Positions 10,422 through 19,324 of a stretch of DNA of 64,000 nucleotides are shown here, piece after piece (position 1 is the first letter of the stretch; each line of letters begins with the position of its first letter). Below the pieces are notes generated by a model, which saw nothing but the letters and a program-made list of their open reading frames with translations, searched no databases and was not told the origin of the DNA. A program made the translations under genes and the position numbers. The stretch spans positions 32,001 to 96,000 of IMG/VR virus record IMGVR_UViG_3300047561_000814; one strand, written 5' to 3'. This stretch comes from a virus (lineage: Duplodnaviria; Caudoviricetes).

Positions 10422-11012
10422 ATGAGTAATAATAAAAAAAATGAAACTGAAACAGGATTTTATAATTTTATAGATAAAACTATTTTTGGACAAAGTTTAA
10501 TTCATTTAATTAATTTAAATTTGCCCAAAGACTCTGTTATTGTAGAGGTAGGAACTGGCTATGGCACAACAGCATGTATGATTGCACAGCATTGTCCAAA
10601 TATTAAAAAAATATATACAATAGATCCATATACGCCATACAACACATCTTGGGTTGGAGGCGATATTTTTTTTGGTAAAAAAGAAATTGATAATGCAAAA
10701 GTTATTGCAAAACATAATATTGAGTTTAGTGGATTTAAAGAAAAAATAGAATCATTAAATATAACATCTGACTCTTCTTTATCAATTTTTGATAATGAAT
10801 CTATAGATTTACTTTTTTATGATGCAACGCAAACTGTTGAAATTATATATAAAGATCTTTTTAATTGGTATAAAAAAATAAAAAGAAAAGGAATTGTTTC
10901 TGGACATTGTTGGAGCGTTTTAAAAGATGGAATATTGAAATTTAAAAATAATATAGACAGTGATAGCATTTTAAGTGTTTATGATGATGTTTGGGTGTGG
11001 CAAAAAAAATGA
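10422..11012 (+). CDS. class I SAM-dependent methyltransferase (Methyltransf_24-like)
   Basis: VEVGTGYG, IDPY, IDLLFYDA, GH. Confidence 0.8.
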   Translation: MSNNKKNETETGFYNFIDKTIFGQSLIHLINLNLPKDSVIVEVGTGYGTTACMIAQHCPNIKKIYTIDPYTPYNTSWVGGDIFFGKKEIDNAKVIAKHNIEFSGFKEKIESLNITSDSSLSIFDNESIDLLFYDATQTVEIIYKDLFNWYKKIKRKGIVSGHCWSVLKDGILKFKNNIDSDSILSVYDDVWVWQKK

Positions 11013-11308
11013 CAGAAAAAAATGAATCAAAAAAAATAGGTGCAAAACAGCATAAAAATTCTGGTAGAAATACACAGAAAGGCGATGCCACTTGGAGAGG
11101 ATTTGTTGTTGACTTTAAAGAAGCCAGCAAATCTTTTACATTAAATAAAGATGTATGGGCAAAGGTCGTTACTGACTCAATCCAGGCAGGTAGAGATAAA
11201 TCTCCAGCCATTATTGTAATTCTTGGAGAAGGCAATACAAAGGTAAGACTTGCTATAATTGAAATGAACATGCTAGAGCAATTAACAGAGGAGGAATATA
11301 ATGTCTGA
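11009..11308 (+). CDS. small PD-(D/E)xK nuclease, Holliday-junction-resolvase-like
   Basis: SGR..KGD...VDFK. Confidence 0.6.
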   Translation: MTEKNESKKIGAKQHKNSGRNTQKGDATWRGFVVDFKEASKSFTLNKDVWAKVVTDSIQAGRDKSPAIIVILGEGNTKVRLAIIEMNMLEQLTEEEYNV

Positions 11309-11615
11309 AACAGGAACACAGAAAACAACACTTGACATGGTAAATGGTTTAACAGAAATTGCAGACTATATGCAAGATGAGGAGTTAACCGTTGCCTTAA
11401 CTATGATTGCAAAGATTATCATAAAACCAGATATTCCCCTACAGGCTGCTAGTCTTGAAATTGTAAGGCTACAGGCCATTGCAGCAAAGATGTCTTTTAA
11501 AGCCACTTGGATGGCTAATGTTGACAAATCTGACAGGGCAAAGAAAAATATATACTTTACAGCAGCACAAGCAATAAACGATTTGGTCTCAGCGCTTAAA
11601 TACATAATGCGCTAA
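11301..11615 (+). CDS. hypothetical protein
   Basis: GGAGG RBS, coupled ORF. Confidence 0.6.
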   Translation: MSETGTQKTTLDMVNGLTEIADYMQDEELTVALTMIAKIIIKPDIPLQAASLEIVRLQAIAAKMSFKATWMANVDKSDRAKKNIYFTAAQAINDLVSALKYIMR

Positions 11616-11648
11616 CCTGCTATAATTAATATAAACAAAGGATAAAAC

Positions 11649-12512
11649 ATGGCTAAAAACTTACTAAAACAGATTATGATTAAAGATATCAAAAAGAACA
11701 AAAGAAATAGTGAAGAAGATGAAAATCTTGTTGAGGGGTTAGACACTGCCATAAACGCTGGCTATCTTACTAAAACAAAACCAAAATTTACTAAGAAAAA
11801 TAACTTCTCTGCATCCAATCTAACATATGGCTCAGGAGAATGTCCAAGGTATTGGTCTCTAGCCTTTGATGGTCAGATCTTCTATGATAATTCAGACGCA
11901 ATTGGTGTAGCAAATAGAACACAAGGAAGCCTTGGACATGGAAGAATTCAAGAAGCAATAGAAGCCTCTGGTTTACTTGCAGAAGATTTAGAGTTTGATC
12001 CAATACCAAGAAAGTATAACCAACAAACTCATCCAGCAATGGAGTTTAGAGTTAAAATTGATGATCCACCGTTTGATGGGTATGGAGATGTCATGCTTGA
12101 CTACAAAGGTGAAAGACTTGTTGGTGAAATTAAAACAGTAAGAAACGATGACTTTGAACATAAAAAATTAAGTAGAAAACCTAAAATGGGTCACTTAATG
12201 CAATTACTAATGTATATGAAGGTTTGGAAAATTGGTAAGGGTGTAATGATTTATGAAAATAAAAACAATCACGAATTACTTACCTTACCCGTTATAGTAA
12301 ATGATCAGTATCGTACTTGGGTAGATGAAACATTTGAATGGATGAGAGTAGTTTACAAAAGTTGGCAAGATAAACAATTACCAGAAATTCCCTATCGTTC
12401 AAATTCAAGAGTTTGCAAGGTGTGTCCTATTCAAAAAGCATGTGCAGAAGCAGGGGACGGAACAATCAAAATTAAACCTATGAAATTATTAAAGGACGAG
12501 AAAGATGAATAA
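11649..12512 (+). CDS. Cas4/RecB-like exonuclease
   Basis: CPR, G..H, D...EIK, QL..Y, C..CP....C Fe-S staple. Confidence 0.85.
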   Translation: MAKNLLKQIMIKDIKKNKRNSEEDENLVEGLDTAINAGYLTKTKPKFTKKNNFSASNLTYGSGECPRYWSLAFDGQIFYDNSDAIGVANRTQGSLGHGRIQEAIEASGLLAEDLEFDPIPRKYNQQTHPAMEFRVKIDDPPFDGYGDVMLDYKGERLVGEIKTVRNDDFEHKKLSRKPKMGHLMQLLMYMKVWKIGKGVMIYENKNNHELLTLPVIVNDQYRTWVDETFEWMRVVYKSWQDKQLPEIPYRSNSRVCKVCPIQKACAEAGDGTIKIKPMKLLKDEKDE

Positions 12513-12514
12513 AT

Positions 12515-12805
12515 GTGAAACTATGTGAAAGGTGCGAGACCCAGTTTAAACCAAAGGTAAGTTATCAAATTTATTGTGGAGATGTTTGTAGAGAAGAAGC
12601 CACCAAAATAAAGATAGCCGAAAGGTATCACATAACTCGTAGACAAAGAAGGATAGGTAAAAAAAGACTTTGTATTGGTGGCTGTAAAGAACAACTTTCA
12701 ATATATAACGATTCTGGCTTTTGTCCTAATTGTAATATAAATAAAAAAGAAGTAGACAAAATGTTAAAACAACTAAAAGGATTCTTTGACTATGAACAAA
12801 AATAA
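12515..12805 (+). CDS. Cys-rich Zn-finger protein
   Basis: Multiple CxxC/CxxxC pairs. Confidence 0.6.
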   Translation: MKLCERCETQFKPKVSYQIYCGDVCREEATKIKIAERYHITRRQRRIGKKRLCIGGCKEQLSIYNDSGFCPNCNINKKEVDKMLKQLKGFFDYEQK

Positions 12806-13364
12806 CCAAAAAACAATTTGTGCTATTGATGCAAGCACCAACAGTCTTGCTTTTGCTATTTTTAATAATAAGACCCTAGGTAGTATTGGTAAAATTAATT
12901 TTAATGGAAAAACAAATTATGAAAAAGTAATAGATGCCTGTGCTAAGACAAGGGCATTCTTTGAACATTTTGGTGGATTTGAAGCAATTATAATTGAACA
13001 TACCGTATTTATGAACAGTCCTAAAACTGCTGCAGATCTAGCATTAGTTCAGGGGGCACTATTAGGTGCTGCTGGACTAACTGGAACAAAAGTTATAGGA
13101 ACCGTATCACCAATAACCTGGCAAAATTATTTAGGAAATAAAAGGTTAACCAAAGAAGAACAACTAGGAATTAGATTAATGAATCCTGGAAAATCAGTTT
13201 CTTGGTACAAAACATACGAACGGCAAATAAGAAAAGAAAGGACCATAAAACTAATTGAAATTAATTATGATAAAATTATTAAAGACAATGACGTTGCTGA
13301 TGCTTGTGGTATCGGCCATTGGGCTATTAATAACTGGAACAAAGCAATGAGAATTGAGGAATAA
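12792..13364 (+). CDS. RuvC-like Holliday junction resolvase
   Basis: AIDAS, IIIE, D..DA.GI RNase H-fold acidic motifs. Confidence 0.8.
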   Translation: MNKNNQKTICAIDASTNSLAFAIFNNKTLGSIGKINFNGKTNYEKVIDACAKTRAFFEHFGGFEAIIIEHTVFMNSPKTAADLALVQGALLGAAGLTGTKVIGTVSPITWQNYLGNKRLTKEEQLGIRLMNPGKSVSWYKTYERQIRKERTIKLIEINYDKIIKDNDVADACGIGHWAINNWNKAMRIEE

Positions 13365-14008
13365 TGCCAGAGTTAAATGCAAACATACCACCAATTGAGT
13401 GCTATGTTCGTGGTAACTTCTTAAGAGATCAAGAAGATAGTCATGATAAATATTTTCCATGTGTAATTTTTGGAGTATCTAGCGTTAAGGCCAGAAGTCC
13501 TTTGTTTCATTTTTTAATGGAAGATGGTGGTATTTGGTGGCGAATGCCAATCAATGCATTTTGCACTAAACCTAATGTACCTGAAGAGCCTATATACAAC
13601 CTTGTGTTGTGGAATTCATTTTCTCCACACATATCTGTAACTAAATTTCAAAACTTAAGCAATATGAGAATGTCATACTTAGATAGAGAAAAGAATCAGG
13701 TTCCTGGCAAGTACCTATTTACTTTAGATTGGCATAATCCAGATAGCAATGTATTAGACGATGGCTATTCTGAAAATCCAGGGCAGCATAAGTGTGGTCA
13801 TGTTATTCAAAGAGATGATGGCAATTTTGCTATTCAACCTAACAATAGGGTTAAGTTATACGAGCCATCATTTGTTACTAAACCAGACCTTCTGCTTCAT
13901 AGATTAGTTAATACAAATAAGTGGGATGTTGAAAGTTATGATAAATGGGTACTAGAAGACTCAAATTCCTATAATTATGATATTAATATTGCTGAAATTG
14001 ACAAATAA
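13364..14008 (+). CDS. conserved hypothetical phage protein
   Basis: 214-aa ORF with GAGG RBS; GNFAIQPNNR motif. Confidence 0.6.
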   Translation: MPELNANIPPIECYVRGNFLRDQEDSHDKYFPCVIFGVSSVKARSPLFHFLMEDGGIWWRMPINAFCTKPNVPEEPIYNLVLWNSFSPHISVTKFQNLSNMRMSYLDREKNQVPGKYLFTLDWHNPDSNVLDDGYSENPGQHKCGHVIQRDDGNFAIQPNNRVKLYEPSFVTKPDLLLHRLVNTNKWDVESYDKWVLEDSNSYNYDINIAEIDK

Positions 14009-14012
14009 TCCA

Positions 14013-14168
14013 ATGGCTGCTAAACTATATACAAGCGAGACTTGGTTACGTAAAAGATTTCTTATGGACAAAAAATCTCCACAAGATATTGCTAAAGAGT
14101 GTGGGGCAAGCATAGAAACAATTTATGTGTACCTTGCAAAATTTGGATTAAGGAAATCAAAAAGATGA
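14013..14168 (+). CDS. small helix-turn-helix protein
   Basis: SPQDIAKECGASIETIY.YL. Confidence 0.7.
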   Translation: MAAKLYTSETWLRKRFLMDKKSPQDIAKECGASIETIYVYLAKFGLRKSKR

Positions 14169-14920
14169 GCAAAAAAGATACAGTAAATGTATATTGGGCA
14201 CCAGCATATTCTATGAACATGAAAGGGGCAAAAGAATGGAACATGATTTATCAAGATCCATTTAATTTATTTACAGAATTAAACAAAGATAAAAACTTAC
14301 TTATTGATAAATCGTCTTATTTTACTTGTCCAGTAACAAAAAATTTATTTAAAAACACATATTTTTTTAAAAATACAATAAGTTGTAAGTATGAATATGA
14401 TTTTACTGTAAATCCTCCTATTATTAATCCACTTACAGAAAATTTTATTAATTTAAATATAATCAGAGACCCAAACATGAAGTCTTATCCATTAATAGCA
14501 ATGTCTTTATATTATATATTGTTTTCCGAAGAACCACTTGTTGCAACATTCTCAAATCCAACATTTCATAAACCAGAGTATATCAATTATGGAACATGTA
14601 TTCCTGGAGAATTTGATATTGGTCAGTGGTTTAGACCATATCCAATGGAAATTCAATTGTGGAATCAAAAAGGAATATTTGAATTAAAAGAATATGAGCC
14701 ATTATTTTATGTTAAATTTAACACCGATAAAAAAATTAACTTACAAAGATTTGTTTTTAATGAAAAATTATCACAATATTCTGATCATTGTATTAATTAT
14801 AAAAATATTTTTGGATTTTTTCATCCATTAAGTAAAATGTATTCAAAATTTAAAGAGTCTAAGTTAAATACTTTAATTTTAAAAGAAATTAAAAATAATT
14901 TAGTGGAAGAAATAAAATGA
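14165..14920 (+). CDS. hypothetical, distant relative of the 753..1439 family
   Basis: CP early, PGEFDIGQWFRP, EPLFYVKF. Confidence 0.5.
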   Translation: MSKKDTVNVYWAPAYSMNMKGAKEWNMIYQDPFNLFTELNKDKNLLIDKSSYFTCPVTKNLFKNTYFFKNTISCKYEYDFTVNPPIINPLTENFINLNIIRDPNMKSYPLIAMSLYYILFSEEPLVATFSNPTFHKPEYINYGTCIPGEFDIGQWFRPYPMEIQLWNQKGIFELKEYEPLFYVKFNTDKKINLQRFVFNEKLSQYSDHCINYKNIFGFFHPLSKMYSKFKESKLNTLILKEIKNNLVEEIK

Positions 14921-15252
14921 AACCAAGTGCAGTATTTAAAGATGTTAAAGATTTTAAATGTGAGGATCTTTATCTTCAATCAATTGGGGCGCCATCTGGC
15001 ACTTTAATTTGGCAAACATGTCATTCTATAACACAAATGCTTATTGAAAAAAACATAGCATACGGTGACTCTGCCTTAGATCCTGTAAGAATTTTTAGCA
15101 AGTCCGATCCAGCAGAACAACTTAAAGTTAGAATTGACGACAAACTAAGTCGTCTTATGAAAGGCACAGACTATCCTGGAGATAATGACATTGATGATTT
15201 AATAGGATATTTAGTTTTATTAAAAATAGCAAAGGAAAAAAATGTCAACTGA
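14917..15252 (+). CDS. nucleotide-modification-associated domain 1 (all-alpha NTP-PPase-like)
   Basis: KN.AYGDS, RIDDKLSR, DDLIGYLVL. Confidence 0.7.
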   Translation: MKPSAVFKDVKDFKCEDLYLQSIGAPSGTLIWQTCHSITQMLIEKNIAYGDSALDPVRIFSKSDPAEQLKVRIDDKLSRLMKGTDYPGDNDIDDLIGYLVLLKIAKEKNVN

Positions 15253-15775
15253 ATCAGAATTAATTGAGCACCTTGATGAAGTTAATAAGGTAGTTACAGA
15301 ATATCTTAAAGGTCAAGATCCAACAAAAATTTCTAAAGAGTTAGATATTCCACGTACTCGTGTTGTTTCATTAATTAATGAGTGGAAAGTTATGGCATCT
15401 GCAAATGATGCGATTCGTGCTCGTGCTAAAGAAGCCCTTGCTGGAGCAGATACTCATTACACAAAACTTATTACAAAGGCTTATGAGGTAATTGATGAAT
15501 CAAGTATGACTAATAATCTTAGTGCAAAGACTCAAGCAATTAAGTTGGTGATGGATATTGAAAAATCTAGAATTGAAATGTTACAAAAAGCAGGACTTTT
15601 AGAAAATAAAGAACTTGCAGAAGAAATGGTTGAAATTGAAAGACGACAAGAAGTTCTTGTTGAAATCTTAAGAGACATTGCCTCAACCCATCCAGAGGTT
15701 CGTGATTTAATTATGAGACGCCTTTCTCAAATTGCTAAAGATGGAGAGGTAATTACAATTGTCCAAGATGTTTAA
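15242..15775 (+). CDS. probable terminase small subunit
   Basis: N-terminal HTH, helical, overlaps the large subunit. Confidence 0.55.
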   Translation: MSTESELIEHLDEVNKVVTEYLKGQDPTKISKELDIPRTRVVSLINEWKVMASANDAIRARAKEALAGADTHYTKLITKAYEVIDESSMTNNLSAKTQAIKLVMDIEKSRIEMLQKAGLLENKELAEEMVEIERRQEVLVEILRDIASTHPEVRDLIMRRLSQIAKDGEVITIVQDV

Positions 15776-17543
15776 TGATTTTTTAGAAGTTTTAAAAGAA
15801 AATCAATTTGACGAGATTCCAGTAGACGCAAAAACATTTGTTGAGTCTGCTGATTATCTTGGACAGCCACAATTATCTTTAATTCAATATGAAATTGTAG
15901 AAGCAATGAGTCAAATTTATCGTAAAGAAGAACTACAAGAAATTTTTGGATCTGTTGCTGGCTCTCAATATTTTGATAAATACACTAAAAATGAAATTAT
16001 TTTGCAACTTGGCAAGGGATCTGGAAAAGACTTTGTATCAACGGTAGCCTGTGCATACATAGTCTATAAACTATTGTGTCTTAAAGATCCTGCTAGATAT
16101 TATGGAAAACCAAGCGGGGATGCAATTGATATCATAAACGTAGCCATTAACGCACAACAAGCAAAGAACGTATTCTTTAAAGGATTTAAAACTAAGATAG
16201 AAAAATCACCATGGTTTGCAGGAAAGTATAACGCAAAGGCTGATAGTGTTGAGTTTGATAAATCAATTACTGTCTACTCTGGACACTCAGAAAGAGAATC
16301 ACACGAAGGGTTAAATTTACTTCTTGCAGTACTTGACGAAATTTCTGGCTTTGCATCTGAAGTTGGAACTGGTAATGAACAAGGTAAGACTGCAGAAAAT
16401 ATTTATAAAGCATTTCGTGGTTCTGTAGATTCTCGTTTTCCAGATTTGGGTAAGTTAGTATTACTTTCATTTCCCCGCTATCAAGGTGACTTTATTTCTA
16501 AAAGATATGAAGATGTTATTGCAGAAAAAGAAACTATTGAAAAGAAACATTTATTTATTATGAATGAAGACCTTCCACATGATGATCCAAATAATCAATT
16601 TGAAATTGCATGGGAAGAAGATACAATTCTTTCTTATAAAGTTCCAAAAGTTTTAGCACTTAAAAAAACAACTTGGGATGTAAACCCTACTAGAAAAATA
16701 GATGATTTTAAGTTAGCATTCTATACAGACCTTGGCGACGCCATGATGCGGTTTGCATGTACGCCAACCTTTGCATCAGATGCATTTTTTAAGGATAAAG
16801 CAAAACTAGAAAAAGTAATGACATTAAGAAATCCAGTTGACAATTTTAGAAGGTTTGATGAATCATTTAAACCTGATCCAGAAAAAATATATTACATTCA
16901 CGCCGACCTTGCTCAGAAACACGACAAATGTGCTGTAGCAATTGCTCACGTAGACAAGTGGGTAAACATTCAAGTTATTAAAGATTATGAACAAGTAGCG
17001 CCAATGGTTATTGTTGATGCAGTTGCTTGGTGGGAACCAAAAGCAGAAGGTCCAGTTAATTTATCAGAAGTAAAACAATGGATTATTAATTTACGAAGAC
17101 AAGGATTCAATATTGGTGTTGTTTCGTTTGACCGTTGGCAGTCATTTGACATTCAACAGGAATTAAAAGCGGTAGGCATAAAGACTGACACTGTTTCTGT
17201 TGCTAAAAAACACTACGAAGATTTAGCAATGATGATATATGAAGAAAGAGTTGCAATACCAAGAATTCCTTTATTGCTGGAAGAGATGTCAGAACTCAAA
17301 ATTATGAAAAATACTAGGGTTGATCATCCACGTAAAAAATCTAAGGACCTAGCAGATGCTGTATGTGGCGCTGTATTTGGAGCAATATCACATACACCTA
17401 AAGATTCTAACCATGAGATTGAGATTCATACTTGGTCTACTTCTGCACGACTTGCAGAAAAACAAAGGGATATGGTAGAATTAGACAACAAGGAAATGCC
17501 TAAAGATGTTAGAGATTTTCTTGATAGATTAAACATAATATAA
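15759..17543 (+). CDS. terL: terminase large subunit
   Basis: GKGSGKD Walker A, AVLDE Walker B, HADLA..D and KDLADA nuclease motifs. Confidence 0.9.
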   Translation: MSKMFNDFLEVLKENQFDEIPVDAKTFVESADYLGQPQLSLIQYEIVEAMSQIYRKEELQEIFGSVAGSQYFDKYTKNEIILQLGKGSGKDFVSTVACAYIVYKLLCLKDPARYYGKPSGDAIDIINVAINAQQAKNVFFKGFKTKIEKSPWFAGKYNAKADSVEFDKSITVYSGHSERESHEGLNLLLAVLDEISGFASEVGTGNEQGKTAENIYKAFRGSVDSRFPDLGKLVLLSFPRYQGDFISKRYEDVIAEKETIEKKHLFIMNEDLPHDDPNNQFEIAWEEDTILSYKVPKVLALKKTTWDVNPTRKIDDFKLAFYTDLGDAMMRFACTPTFASDAFFKDKAKLEKVMTLRNPVDNFRRFDESFKPDPEKIYYIHADLAQKHDKCAVAIAHVDKWVNIQVIKDYEQVAPMVIVDAVAWWEPKAEGPVNLSEVKQWIINLRRQGFNIGVVSFDRWQSFDIQQELKAVGIKTDTVSVAKKHYEDLAMMIYEERVAIPRIPLLLEEMSELKIMKNTRVDHPRKKSKDLADAVCGAVFGAISHTPKDSNHEIEIHTWSTSARLAEKQRDMVELDNKEMPKDVRDFLDRLNII

Positions 17544-17559
17544 ACAAACAAGGAGAACA

Positions 17560-19221
17560 ATGAATTCATTTAAAAAAATTGCCCTAGGACTCGCTGCAGC
17601 CATGTCCTTTGGCGTATTATCTGCACTTCCGACACATGCTACGGTGATTGCACCAACCTTGACAATTGACTCTCCTACAGATTCAATTCTCGTAGGTGAG
17701 ACTGCAACAGCAGTAGTTTCGTTGTCATATATTTCAGAAACATCAGCAGACACAGCAACTGTGTTATCTGCTATATTTACACAGCCTTCTACGGCTAATA
17801 AGTCTGCAACACTTACACTGCTTGAAACAAATACAGCAACAGTAGTAATTGCAGGAGATAGTTTGACTGCAAATGTTAACTCAACAGTTAATACAACAGG
17901 ATATGTAACAGCAAAATTTACAGTTACTTTGGCAGCGCCAACAGTTGCTGGAACATATGAGGCAAGAATTATTACAACTCGCCCATCAACTGGTCCATCA
18001 GTTATATGGACAATAACAGTTGGTGCTGGAGATACAGTTCCTTCTGCTTCAACAACAACTTCAATTCTTAACAGAGGCGAAGTAATTACTGCAACAGTAG
18101 ATGATTCAGTATTTGCTCCAAAAGCAGCAGCAACAGATGCAGCAGCAGTCATTGTTATTGCACAAAAAAATGCAGCAAGCAGAACAACTTCAGAATCACT
18201 TCTTGCTACAGTAACTGGATCAGGATCAATTGGATATGGCACTAATGCTACAACAATGTCAGTTCTTGGTCGTTCACTTGTAATCCCATCAGGCAACTAC
18301 ATTGGTGTATTTGCTGACGGTACTGCAGGAGTTGGAACAATTACAATTACAACCCTTACAGGTACAGTGCTTGCAACAGAAAAAGTAACATTCTACGGAG
18401 ATATTGCAACAATTGAAGCAACTGCAGTTAAGTCTGTTATTGCAGTTGGTGCAAATACAACTACAGTCAAGGCAGTTGCAAAGGATGCTTCTGGCGTAAC
18501 AGTCGGAGCAGGAACTCTTTATGCATATTCATCAGATGTAACAACAGTATCTGATTCAGCAACAGCAACAACAATTGTTAACGGTGAAGCCGTATTTACA
18601 ATTACTGGTGTTAAGACTGGTGGAGCAGCAATTACAGTTAAGTCTGGAACAATTGCATCAGCACCAGTTTCTACTCGTGTAGAAGCAGCAGCAGCAACTG
18701 TAAAGATTTCATTTGATAAGGCTACATACCTTCCAGGTGAGGCAGCAACAGTTAAGGTTCAAGTTCTTGATGCAGTAGGTCTGCCAGTTTCTGGTAAGAC
18801 ACACTCAGCACTATTCGCAACAGGTGGAATCACTTCTACTTATGCATTTGGTTCAGGATCTGACGTACTTACAGCAACATCAGTTACAACTGATACTGAT
18901 ACAGCAAAGTCATACAAGGTATATATGCCTTTGACTGAAAACACTGTAAAACTTTCAGCAACTGGTGGTACATCCCTACCTCTAGCAGGACAGATTGCAG
19001 TAACCGCATCAGCAACAGTTTCAAATTCTTCTTCTAGCACAAACGCTACTCTTGCAGCATTAGTTGCACAGATTACCGCCATGCAGGGAATTTTTGATGG
19101 CCTAAAGGCAGAAGTTGCAACTTCAAAAGCAGAAAGAGTTGCTTTTGTAAAGCAATACAATATTCTTGCTAAAAAGTGGAACGCAAAGAATCCTAAGTCT
19201 AAGGTTGCACTAATTAAGTAA
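17560..19221 (+). CDS. exported Ig-like/S-layer-like protein
   Basis: Signal peptide (FKKIALGLAAAM), Ala/Thr/Val-rich beta domains, C-terminal coiled coil. Confidence 0.65.
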   Translation: MNSFKKIALGLAAAMSFGVLSALPTHATVIAPTLTIDSPTDSILVGETATAVVSLSYISETSADTATVLSAIFTQPSTANKSATLTLLETNTATVVIAGDSLTANVNSTVNTTGYVTAKFTVTLAAPTVAGTYEARIITTRPSTGPSVIWTITVGAGDTVPSASTTTSILNRGEVITATVDDSVFAPKAAATDAAAVIVIAQKNAASRTTSESLLATVTGSGSIGYGTNATTMSVLGRSLVIPSGNYIGVFADGTAGVGTITITTLTGTVLATEKVTFYGDIATIEATAVKSVIAVGANTTTVKAVAKDASGVTVGAGTLYAYSSDVTTVSDSATATTIVNGEAVFTITGVKTGGAAITVKSGTIASAPVSTRVEAAAATVKISFDKATYLPGEAATVKVQVLDAVGLPVSGKTHSALFATGGITSTYAFGSGSDVLTATSVTTDTDTAKSYKVYMPLTENTVKLSATGGTSLPLAGQIAVTASATVSNSSSSTNATLAALVAQITAMQGIFDGLKAEVATSKAERVAFVKQYNILAKKWNAKNPKSKVALIK

Positions 19222-19237
19222 TATTACTTATAAATTA

Positions 19238-19268
19238 AAGGGTTAGCCAAGCGCTAGCCCTTTTTTTT
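19238..19268 (+). terminator. intrinsic terminator
   Basis: AAGGGTTAGC-caagc-GCTAGCCCTT followed by a T run. Confidence 0.8.
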
Positions 19269-19324
19269 ATTGGATAAAAATGGTATAATTGCTAATATAA
19301 CTACACATTGGAGATTATACATAA

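Noticed and set aside
11649-12512. Cas4-like gene as evidence of a CRISPR system
   Set aside because: No repeat-spacer array or other cas genes; solo Cas4-like nucleases are common in phage recombination modules
17529-18296. Long antisense ORFs (17529-18296, 18840-19160, 20980-21648, 21670-21945)
   Set aside because: Shadows of codon-biased Ala/Thr-rich plus-strand genes; no RBS or motifs
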